Shown: one piece after another, positions 1 to 6,487 of the stretch
How positions within the stretch are numbered: the first letter of the stretch is position 1
How the letters are laid out: every line of letters begins with the position of its first letter
NCBI RefSeq assembly: GCF_035285525.1
Contig: NZ_JAYKGW010000004.1
Location: 1-10,064, forward strand
Length of the DNA stretch: 10,064 bases
Direction: 5' to 3'
Source of the DNA: Okeania sp.
GTDB lineage: Bacteria > Cyanobacteriota > Cyanobacteriia > Cyanobacteriales > Microcoleaceae
The notes under the pieces: generated by a model
What the model was told of the DNA's origin: nothing
The model's database searches: none
What the model saw: the letters and a program-made list of their open reading frames with translations, nothing else
Translations under genes and position numbers: made by a program

Positions 1-255
1 ATTAAAGGATGGAGTTTTATTTCTGAAAGCTGACAAATATAGTGTTTATGATAGTCATAAATTACATCTGTTTTTATTCTATTTCCTATTCCCACCTTCT
101 GTGTTCCCTATTCCCTAAAACCAAGGAGTTTTGTACCTGACAAGTATGGGAATTTCTACAATAACTTAATCCTTGAATATAAACTTTGGTTTAAGTAGGT
201 AGAGACAAAAAACTAACTATGGCAAGAATAAGTTAAGTAGCTCTAAAAGCTATTC

Positions 256-280
256 CCTTCTGCCTTCTGCCTTCTGCCTT
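256..280. repeat. Heptamer tandem repeat, CCTTCTG x3.5 (STRR-like)
   Basis: Read directly: ccttctg ccttctg ccttctg cctt, immediately downstream of the minus-strand CDS that ends at 283. Confidence 0.8.
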
Positions 281-282
281 AC

Positions 283-648
283 TTAACTTACCACTATCCG
301 GTTCAGTAATTCATAAATAATAGAGTTAATAAAACCTAATGATAAAGCACCAATTAATGCACTCCAAAATCCCCAACGTAAACGAAATCCACTGACGAAC
401 CAAGCTGCTAAACCAAAGATAAGCATATTCATTAGTAGACTGAAAATAAAACCTGAAAGTACAATCTTAATAGGCAAAGCTAAACCAACTAAAACCGGAC
501 GAACCAGAGCATTTAACAATCCAAAAACTGCTGAAGAAGTCAACGCAATTCTAAAATCATCAATTTCTACTCCTGTAGGCAATTGAGAAATAATAAATAA
601 ACTAACCGCAGTGACAAACCAAAGTGTCAAAAGTTCTATAATACTCAT
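283..648 (-). CDS. Small integral membrane protein, phage holin family 4 / DUF360 (YvlD-like)
   Basis: 121 aa ORF with about four hydrophobic segments. The motif LLNALVRPVLVGLALP and the C-terminal GFW.SALIGAL pattern are typical of this family. Confidence 0.7.
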   Translation of the reverse strand: MSIIELLTLWFVTAVSLFIISQLPTGVEIDDFRIALTSSAVFGLLNALVRPVLVGLALPIKIVLSGFIFSLLMNMLIFGLAAWFVSGFRLRWGFWSALIGALSLGFINSIIYELLNRIVVS

Positions 649-669
649 TTTTTTCTCCTTAATTAATCT

Positions 670-704
670 AGCTATCAGCTTTTAGCATTCAGCATTTAGC
701 AAAT
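670..704. repeat. Heptamer array with AGCNNNN periodicity (agctatc agctttt agcattc agcattt agcaaat)
   Basis: 7-nt periodicity read directly. It sits just upstream of the holin-like gene. Confidence 0.75.
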
Positions 705-808
705 CTGGTTAAAATCTCAGGTATTTGATTCTAAAATAAAGTAAATATTTTAGTAGCTTTTAGAGATTAGTTAATATGTAAGCATTTCCTGCGGAATGCT
801 GCGCAAAC

Positions 809-836
809 AGCTATTAGCTGTCAGCTTTCAGTAAAA
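809..836. repeat. Heptamer array (agctatt agctgtc agctttc agtaaaa), left arm of an inverted pair
   Basis: 7-nt periodicity read directly. It is the reverse-complement type of the array at 937-964. Confidence 0.7.
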
Positions 837-936
837 GGAGAGAGTTTAAATCCAATATACAACTTTTGTAGTTTAGATTTAATTATGACTCAATTAGTAA
901 AGCTTTTATATCAAACTAAAAGCACTCTTTTGATAG

Positions 937-964
937 CTGTTAGCTGACGGCTGAATGCTTACGT
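937..964. repeat. Heptamer array in inverse orientation (ctgttag ctgacgg ctgaatg cttacgt), right arm of an inverted pair
   Basis: 7-nt periodicity read directly. gtaagcatt at 778 is mirrored by aatgcttac at 955-963. Confidence 0.7.
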
Positions 965-1082
965 TAATATAACGTTCAATCCTGAAAAAGACATATTTTC
1001 CTTAATGCACAAAAAGTCAGAAATTAGAACGGAATAGTTCTGGGTGGAAATTTCCTTTACTAACTTTTAAAAAACAATCTTG

Positions 1083-1117
1083 CTGACTGCTGAGTGCTAA
1101 TTGCTGAATGCTTATTT
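1083..1117. repeat. Heptamer array (ctgactg ctgagtg ctaattg ctgaatg cttattt)
   Basis: 7-nt periodicity read directly. It lies immediately downstream of the ychF stop on the minus strand. Confidence 0.75.
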
Positions 1118-1126
1118 TACAGAAAT

Positions 1127-2218
1127 CTAAACATTAAATCGGAAGAGCATAACATCCCCTTCCTTTACAAGATAATCTTTTCCTTCACTCCTCAATAAAC
1201 CTTTTTCCTTAGCAGCAGTCATGGAACCAGTAGCTACTAAATCCTCATAGGCAATTGTTTCGGCTCGGATAAAACCTCTTTCAAAATCTGTATGAATTAC
1301 ACCAGCAGCTTGAGGAGCTAACATTCCGACTTTAATCGTCCAAGCTTTTGTTTCTTTTTCTCCAGTAGTAAAATAAGTCCGCAATCCTAATAATTCATAA
1401 GTTGCTTTAATTAGAGATTTTAATCCGCCTTCTTCTACTCCTAAAGATTCTAAATAATCAGCTCTTTCTTCTTCTGGTAATTCTATTAATTCTGATTCTA
1501 CCTGAGCGGAAATTATCACAACTTGAGCATTTTCTATCGCAGCAATATTTCGGACTTTTTCCACCCAATCATTTCCACTTGCTAGGTCATCTTCTGAAAC
1601 ATTAGCAGCATAAATTATGGGTTTAGAAGTTAATAGATTTAAAGGCTTAATTATTAAAGATTCCTCTTCGTCTAAACCAGCCATTCTGACTGATTTACCT
1701 TCGTTTAAAATAGCCTCTAATTTTTCTAATACTTCTAGTTCTGCCTGAGCTTCTTTACTGGTACGAGCTTGTTTTTTAGTTCGTTCAATTCGTCGTTCTA
1801 CTTGAGCTAGATCGGATAAGGCTAATTCTAAATTAATTACTTCAATATCTCTGACTGGATCGACCGAACCAGAGACATGAATAATATCCTCACTATCAAA
1901 ACAACGAACTACTTGAACAATGGCGTCAACTTCTCGAATATTCGATAAAAATTGATTACCTAATCCTTCTCCTTTACTTGCTCCTTTTACTAAACCAGCA
2001 ATATCCACAAATTCTATTCTGGTAGGAACAGTTTGAACAGAATTAGAGATTTTACTCAATACATTTAGTCGCTCATCTGGCACTGCCACTACACCAACAT
2101 TGGGTTCGATTGTGCAAAATGGGAAGTTAGCGGCTTCTGCCTTGGCATTAGCAACTAAAGCATTAAATAAAGTAGATTTTCCGACGTTGGGTAGTCCGAC
2201 AATTCCAGCTCTGAGCAT
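1127..2218 (-). CDS. ychF: Ribosome-binding, redox-regulated ATPase YchF (Obg-like GTPase superfamily)
   Basis: 363 aa. It has the N-terminal P-loop GIVGLPNVGKSTLFNALV, then FPFCTIEPNVG, DIAGLVKGASKGEGLGNQFL, and the TGS-like C-terminus FIRAE...GKDY.V.DGDV..F.FNV. The length is canonical. Confidence 0.95.
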   Translation of the reverse strand: MLRAGIVGLPNVGKSTLFNALVANAKAEAANFPFCTIEPNVGVVAVPDERLNVLSKISNSVQTVPTRIEFVDIAGLVKGASKGEGLGNQFLSNIREVDAIVQVVRCFDSEDIIHVSGSVDPVRDIEVINLELALSDLAQVERRIERTKKQARTSKEAQAELEVLEKLEAILNEGKSVRMAGLDEEESLIIKPLNLLTSKPIIYAANVSEDDLASGNDWVEKVRNIAAIENAQVVIISAQVESELIELPEEERADYLESLGVEEGGLKSLIKATYELLGLRTYFTTGEKETKAWTIKVGMLAPQAAGVIHTDFERGFIRAETIAYEDLVATGSMTAAKEKGLLRSEGKDYLVKEGDVMLFRFNV

Positions 2219-2648
2219 AAATTTAAGTCAAAAATCAAAATTTAAAAGTTAAAAATTACTTCGCCCCACAGGATTCGACTGTGGTCAGTTAATTAAGATC
2301 AAAAAGTGAAAGGACTTGGTTTGAGCTAGTCCTGAAACAACTTTATAAGAATCTTCTGCCCTTGAATTAGAAGAGCAGTTAAAATTGCTTATCTACATTA
2401 GGATAGCAGAAAGAAAAAAAGAACCTGAGATTTATCACTTCAAGTTTCATTTCAAATTAGGAATTAAAAAATAAAAAACTATAGTTTGCTTTCTTTGTGA
2501 AATTGTGAGGTGAGCTACAGTGAAGAAATCTTAAATTTTGCACCGGGTGAAAAACATTTTTTATAAAAATTCACACTGAACAATCTCAAGTATTTCTCAT
2601 TTAAGAGACATCTCCTCGACTCAATATGGAAGAAGGAAAAATAATTGA

Positions 2649-2905
2649 TATTTAGGGCTGGCTGAAAAAATATGAAAGTATTGACAGATAAAAGTTTTAG
2701 CAATTTTATGTCTGGAAAAAGTATCAGCTTTTAGGTCAAAGAGGTGAAAAAAGTTAACAGAAAAAGTTTTGTTCTTGAGAAAAATTAAGAGACAATTTTT
2801 CTAGCTAATTCCTTTATAACTGCTATTCTCCCTGGATTGCAGGATTGCAGGATTGCTGGCTCAAACCCGCTACTAAAAGACTGAAGAAGCGCAAACCCTA
2901 TTTTA
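2649..2905 (+). mobile_element. MITE-like element with terminal inverted repeats, copy A (subtype with TTGACAGATAAAA and a GCGCAAACCCTA end)
   Basis: Aligns by eye along most of its length with copies at 6001-6224, 6219-6468 and 7756-7961. The 5' end tatttagggctggctga pairs imperfectly with the 3' end gcgcaaaccctatttta. No coding capacity. Confidence 0.5.
2834..2859. repeat. Octamer tandem repeat GGATTGCA x3 inside MITE-like copy A
   Basis: Read directly: ggattgca ggattgca ggattgct gg. It occupies the same relative position as the heptamer array in copy C. Confidence 0.8.
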
Positions 2906-2956
2906 TAGATAAGAATTGATTTTAATTTTTATTTTTGGAGATGTCTAATAGTAAGC

Positions 2957-2964
2957 GCGATCGC
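2957..2964. repeat. HIP1 octamer GCGATCGC
   Basis: Exact match to the highly iterated palindrome typical of cyanobacterial genomes. Used only as a taxonomic hint. Confidence 0.6.
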
Positions 2965-3136
2965 CACACCGATGCTTTGCTTATTTTTTACAAATATCTT
3001 TTTGAAAATATATTTAATAAGTTATAAGTAAAATCTAGATTAAATTTTATTAAGTTAGTAGCTTTTAGCCAGAAAATAAGTCAAAGTATTATTTAATTGC
3101 TACTTAAAATTATTAGACTAATAAAACTATTGCGCA

Positions 3137-3631
3137 ATGGTTGAACAAAGAATCATAGGAACTACTGAAGCTGCATATTTATCATGTATTTCACCGAAAC
3201 GTTTACGAGATTTATTATGCGAAGGTCGAGTGAAAAATGCTTGGAAGGAAAATGGCTTTTGGCACATACCTGTTTATGGAGCTAAAGGTGAAGAAATGCC
3301 AATCATTTTTCCTGGCACAAGAGGTCCGAAAGGAAATTGGTGTAAAGAAAAACGTACTAAACCTACTATGATTCATGTGAATCAACATAAGATAAAGGAA
3401 AATGCGAAAAATCCAGAAGAGGAATTGAAGCCTGTAATTTCTGTCAAGCAAACTAACCATAATTACTATGGTTTCCAATTAGAAATTAAAGGTCCTTGTA
3501 GGATTGTATATAGTCCTCATAACCCGGCAAAATGTGGTGCTCATTTGTGGATTGATACTTTTAGTAGGGTGCAATTTATAGATGTTAATTTCAATCCAAT
3601 TACCGCTTGTCGAGCCTACAAATACATATAG
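3137..3631 (+). CDS. Hypothetical protein with an N-terminal excisionase/MerR-type helix-turn-helix and an uncharacterised C-terminal domain
   Basis: 164 aa with an ATG start. The N-terminus TTEAAYLSCISPKRLRDLLCEGRVKNAWKENGFWHIP fits the HTH_17/Xis-like pattern (E-A-A..l.vs.r.l..l...G.l.a.k.g..W.i). I do not recognise the C-terminal ~90 aa (IHVNQHKIKEN...KGPCRIVYSPHNPAKCGAHLWIDT). Confidence 0.6.
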   Translation: MVEQRIIGTTEAAYLSCISPKRLRDLLCEGRVKNAWKENGFWHIPVYGAKGEEMPIIFPGTRGPKGNWCKEKRTKPTMIHVNQHKIKENAKNPEEELKPVISVKQTNHNYYGFQLEIKGPCRIVYSPHNPAKCGAHLWIDTFSRVQFIDVNFNPITACRAYKYI

Positions 3632-3760
3632 ATCAATGTAATTTGAACTCAAGTCAATTATAGAGAGATGTAATTTTCAATTAAGAAGATAAAATTTAGA
3701 TTTTTTTTGCCTCTCTGTCGTGCTAATCTGATAGTTAAACTTAACTATAGAGAACGACGG

Positions 3761-4810
3761 ATGGATAATGCTGCGAAAAATCAAGCCCTTGTAGATGCTT
3801 TAACCAATCTACCAGAGGACGCAAATGAACCGCAAGTTAGTAATATTTTTGCATCTAAATTATTTAATTTTTTAGGTTTTGAAGAAAATGAAAGAGTACC
3901 TGAATTTTCTACAGGAACTGGTACTCAAGCGGTCGATCATGCTCTACGTTTGAATAGGGAAAATGACATATTTAATCAAACAAGAACTAATCCAGATGTG
4001 CTTGTAGAATTAAAAGCTCGGAATATTAATTTAGCTGCTGGTTCAAAAGGATATAAAGAGATTGATAAACAAATAAAACGGTATTTATTAGCAGAAAAAT
4101 GTAGATCGGCGAAGTGGGGAATAATTAGCAATGGTAATCATATCCAATTATTTAGAAAGCATGGAAAAGTTATTCATCCGGTAACAGTTTGTCTGGAAAT
4201 TAATTTAGAAAATATTATTAATATTGCTACATTAATTAAAGAAAAAATTGATAGACCACGAAAAGCATTAACAGTAGCAGTTTATAATAGTAAAGGTGGG
4301 GTAGGAAAAACTACAACTACAGTTAATACCGCAGCAACTCTATCATTGTTGTATGGCAAAAAAGTTTTGATTGTAGATTTCGACCCTGACCAACGAGACC
4401 TAACAACTTCTCTAGCAATTCAAGCAGGTAAACCTACCTTTAATCAATGTTTGGTAAATGAAAGTATTAATATTATAGATGTAATTAAGCCATACAAAAC
4501 TAAATTTAATAAACTAAAAAAAGAAGTTGTTTTCGATGTAATTCCAATACCTAAAGATGAACCTCTCGAAGTCTGGGCTGAAGATAAATTGCGTCACGAA
4601 ATAAAATTTTCCAGGTTAAGTAAAATCTTAGAGCCATTAAAAAGTAACTATGATTATATCTTGATTGATTCTTCTCCCAACTGGCGAATTTTTAGTAAAA
4701 GTGCAATTTATGCTGCGGATGCAGTTTTAATGCCAGCCAAACATAACAACTTATTTTCCCTAGAAAATGCAGCTATAGCTATCAAAAAATATATACCTGA
4801 AGTTCAATAG
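3761..4810 (+). CDS. Fusion of a PD-(D/E)xK nuclease-like domain (HsdR N-terminal type) to a ParA/MinD-family ATPase; ends at an in-frame TAG inside the ATPase fold and is probably one gene with 4832-5128
   Basis: ATG at 3761; the TTG at 3707 in the ORF track is an unsupported extension. The N-domain has LFNFLGF, AVD(59)HAL, VLVE(83)LK(85), and GIISNGNHIQLFRK. The ATPase has the deviant Walker A SKGGVGKTT (nt 4292-4315), Walker A' VLIVDFDPDQRD, and Walker B YDYILIDSSPN. Confidence 0.7.
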   Translation: MDNAAKNQALVDALTNLPEDANEPQVSNIFASKLFNFLGFEENERVPEFSTGTGTQAVDHALRLNRENDIFNQTRTNPDVLVELKARNINLAAGSKGYKEIDKQIKRYLLAEKCRSAKWGIISNGNHIQLFRKHGKVIHPVTVCLEINLENIINIATLIKEKIDRPRKALTVAVYNSKGGVGKTTTTVNTAATLSLLYGKKVLIVDFDPDQRDLTTSLAIQAGKPTFNQCLVNESINIIDVIKPYKTKFNKLKKEVVFDVIPIPKDEPLEVWAEDKLRHEIKFSRLSKILEPLKSNYDYILIDSSPNWRIFSKSAIYAADAVLMPAKHNNLFSLENAAIAIKKYIPEVQ

Positions 4811-4831
4811 AATAGAAAAGATGGCGGACCT

Positions 4832-5128
4832 TTGGTTTTACCTATTTTCTTCAATGGTGAAAAAATTACAGAAGCTCAAATGAAAGAGGCTCAAGTTTAT
4901 ATTGATAAACTGATTAAGGATACTAAAAAAGACCCAAATCATAAATTTGATTTACTACCCTATTTTTATCCAAGTTATACTTCAGCAAATAAAAATAGAA
5001 AAATATTTCAATTACCTAATTATGCTTCTATTGCAAAATCGGCTTTTTCTCATGTACCTGCTGTTTATAAAGATCGGGTAGTTTTAGAATATTATAAGAG
5101 TTTGGTTAAGGAGTATTTTATACTATGA
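4832..5128 (+). CDS. C-terminal third of the ParA-family ATPase, in the same frame as 3761-4810 and separated only by TAG plus 7 sense codons
   Basis: Both ORFs are in frame 2. The read-through text ...IKKYIPEVQ*NRKDGGPLVLPIFFNGEK... matches the usual ParA segment (..l.i.Gil.t..d.r..). The tail IFQLPNYASIAKSAFSHVPAVYKDRVVLEYYKSLVKEY matches the ParA C-terminal helices. An independent start would need a TTG with no obvious RBS. Confidence 0.6.
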   Translation: MVLPIFFNGEKITEAQMKEAQVYIDKLIKDTKKDPNHKFDLLPYFYPSYTSANKNRKIFQLPNYASIAKSAFSHVPAVYKDRVVLEYYKSLVKEYFIL

Positions 5129-5664
5129 GTAGTTTGAGCGATGTTGGTAACTTAATGCACTTGTATATGTATAAGATTGAGTCTGGAGAAGAAATAAATG
5201 CTCCAGAATTTCTAATTTTATCAACGGCAAAAGTTCTGAATGAAACTGGTGGGAGAAACTGGATACCTGTAATTGTTAAAGAAGTTGGAGAAGATAAATA
5301 TCAAGTAATTGGCAATTCTTTTATTTTTGCTGTAGCTGAAGCTGCTGGTTTAGAAAAAGTTTGGTGTATTATTGCTGATGAAAGTGAGGAAACTGAGAAA
5401 ATTAGCAAAATTTTGTCAGGAGAAAAAACTCCACAAATAAATCTTTCTACTGCGACGAGAGATGAAATTAAAGTAGCACTTCAATACTTAATTGAAAAAT
5501 CAGGCAGCAAACTTAAAGGAGTAAAATTGCCAGTAGCTACAAATCGTATTGATGAAGCTCCGCGTCAGTATTGGAAAGATTTTAAACCTATCACAAAATT
5601 AGGATGTGGAATTACGACGGCTAAAGTTAATGCTTTAAAAGAAGTATTTTATCTGACTCCTTAA
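5125..5664 (+). CDS. Protein with a ParB-like N-terminal domain (arginine motif absent) and a C-terminal ComEA-like helix-hairpin-helix domain
   Basis: 179 aa. Its start overlaps the upstream stop (ATGA at 5125-5128). NWIPVIVKEVGEDKYQVIGNSFIFAVAEAAGLEKVWCII follows the ParB/Srx-fold layout (P-V-I-V ... Y.vI.G..r..Aa..aGl..v...I), but GNSF replaces GERR. The C-terminus INLSTATRDEI...KLGCGITTAKVNALKEVFYL resembles ComEA (HhH)2 (NiNtAt.eeL ... GIG...a..l). Confidence 0.6.
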   Translation: MSSLSDVGNLMHLYMYKIESGEEINAPEFLILSTAKVLNETGGRNWIPVIVKEVGEDKYQVIGNSFIFAVAEAAGLEKVWCIIADESEETEKISKILSGEKTPQINLSTATRDEIKVALQYLIEKSGSKLKGVKLPVATNRIDEAPRQYWKDFKPITKLGCGITTAKVNALKEVFYLTP

Positions 5665-5685
5665 CCAATAGCTAAACCTGAGAAA

Positions 5686-5919
5686 GTGAATCTTTCTATT
5701 GCTACAAAAGATGAAATTCAGGCCGCACTTAAATATTTAATTGAAAGTAGTAAACTTAAACAAATTGAATTAGCAAAAACAACAGAACGTATTACTGAAG
5801 CTCCACGTCAAAATTGGAAAACCTTAGAACCAATTACAAAATTAAAATGTGGAATTGGAAAAAGTAAGATTAATGCTTTAAAAGAAATATTTTATTTATT
5901 CGAGAGTACAGAGTTATAA
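5686..5919 (+). CDS. Second copy of the ComEA-like HhH domain, in frame with 5125-5664 behind a single TAA
   Basis: 77 aa from a GTG start. By eye it is roughly 60 percent identical to residues 105-179 of the upstream protein. Both ORFs are in frame 1, and the 21 nt between them contain no further stop. Confidence 0.5.
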   Translation: MNLSIATKDEIQAALKYLIESSKLKQIELAKTTERITEAPRQNWKTLEPITKLKCGIGKSKINALKEIFYLFESTEL

Positions 5920-6000
5920 GTGGAAAAAAATATTCCCTGACTTTTAGTGGAGAATAATGAATACTGGTTAAAGACTCTACATTTTTATCGAAATAATTAA

Positions 6001-6224
6001 TAATTAGGTCTTGCTGAATAAATCTAAAAGTTTTTATAAATAAAGGTTTTAGTCTTTTTAGGTTGGGAAAAAGTACCCGATTTTTAGCTATTTATGCTCA
6101 AAAAGTTAGGATTTTGGATAAACAAGCAGGGAAAAATCAAGGTAAAATTACCTCTCCTACTTTCTTTCTCTTCCCACAGTCCCCACCCCTCCCACACTCT
6201 AATTTTTTCAGCAATCCCTAATTA
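6001..6224 (+). mobile_element. MITE-like element with terminal inverted repeats, copy B
   Basis: The 5' end taattaggtcttgctgaataaa and the reverse complement of the 3' end, taattagggattgctgaaaaaa, match at about 19 of 22 positions. The interior aligns with copies A, C and D (tttttaggt, aaaaagtacc.g.ttttta, aaaaagt.taggatttt). Confidence 0.55.
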
Positions 6225-6468
6225 GGTCTGGCTGAGTAAATATCAAAGCTTTATCTGTAAAAGCTTCTAGCATTTTTAGGTCTCAAAAAAGTACCAGTTT
6301 TTAAGTCTTTCAAGCTAAAAAGTCTAGGATTTTCTGCTATAATTTAGCCTAAAATAAAGGGATAATTCTTCTGACTACCTCTTCTGTAATTTCTATTTCT
6401 CCTGGCTTCTGGCTTCTAGCTTCTGGCTCCTCCCCCTAAAAAAAGACTTTTTCAGCAAACACTAATTA
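6219..6468 (+). mobile_element. MITE-like element with terminal inverted repeats, copy C, abutting copy B
   Basis: Starts with taattaggtctggctgagtaaa and ends with ttttcagcaaacactaatta. The hexamer TAATTA at 6219-6224 is shared with the end of copy B, which creates the palindrome CCTAATTAGG. Confidence 0.55.
6402..6429. repeat. Heptamer tandem repeat CTGGCTT x4 inside MITE-like copy C
   Basis: Read directly: ctggctt ctggctt ctagctt ctggctc. Confidence 0.8.
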
Positions 6469-6487
6469 TAATTATTAATTGTTAAAT

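Noticed and set aside
2266-2284. Hairpin CCACAGgattcgaCTGTGG with a GATTCGA loop that recalls a tRNA T-arm; considered as a tRNA fragment or att-site remnant at the island edge
   Set aside because: The loop does not fit the TTCRANN register. There is no acceptor-stem or anticodon-arm context on either side, and the flanks are A/T homopolymer-rich. The evidence is insufficient for a tRNA or an att site.
2515-2703. 62 aa minus-strand ORF from the six-frame track
   Set aside because: It is low-complexity and rich in F, K and N. It overlaps the 5' end of MITE-like copy A, has no recognisable motif and no RBS. In DNA this AT-rich it is most likely a chance ORF.
3215-3478. 87 aa minus-strand ORF
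   Set aside because: It lies entirely antisense within the better-supported plus-strand CDS 3137-3631. Its composition (F, I and R rich) is typical of a shadow frame.
3707-3760. TTG-initiated N-terminal extension (MPLCRANLIVKLNYRERR) of the ParA-fusion ORF
   Set aside because: The first ATG at 3761 (MDNAAKNQ...) is preceded by a purine-rich stretch (gaacgacgg). The extension has no homology-like features and begins inside a T-run, so I prefer 3761 as the start.
3761-5664. Ordinary chromosomal or plasmid parAB partition locus, or a McdAB-type carboxysome positioning pair
   Set aside because: The ATPase has an added N-terminal nuclease-like domain. Its partner lacks both the ParB arginine motif and a centromere-binding HTH, and it is neither small nor disordered like McdB. 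I saw no parS-like inverted repeat. A diverged partition role cannot be fully excluded without searches.
6338-6343. Perfect TATAAT in MITE-like copy C, and TTGACA boxes in copies A (2681-2686) and D; considered as promoters
   Set aside because: I found no properly spaced -35/-10 pair within any single copy. Such hexamers are expected by chance at this AT content. They are mentioned only as a testable aside.
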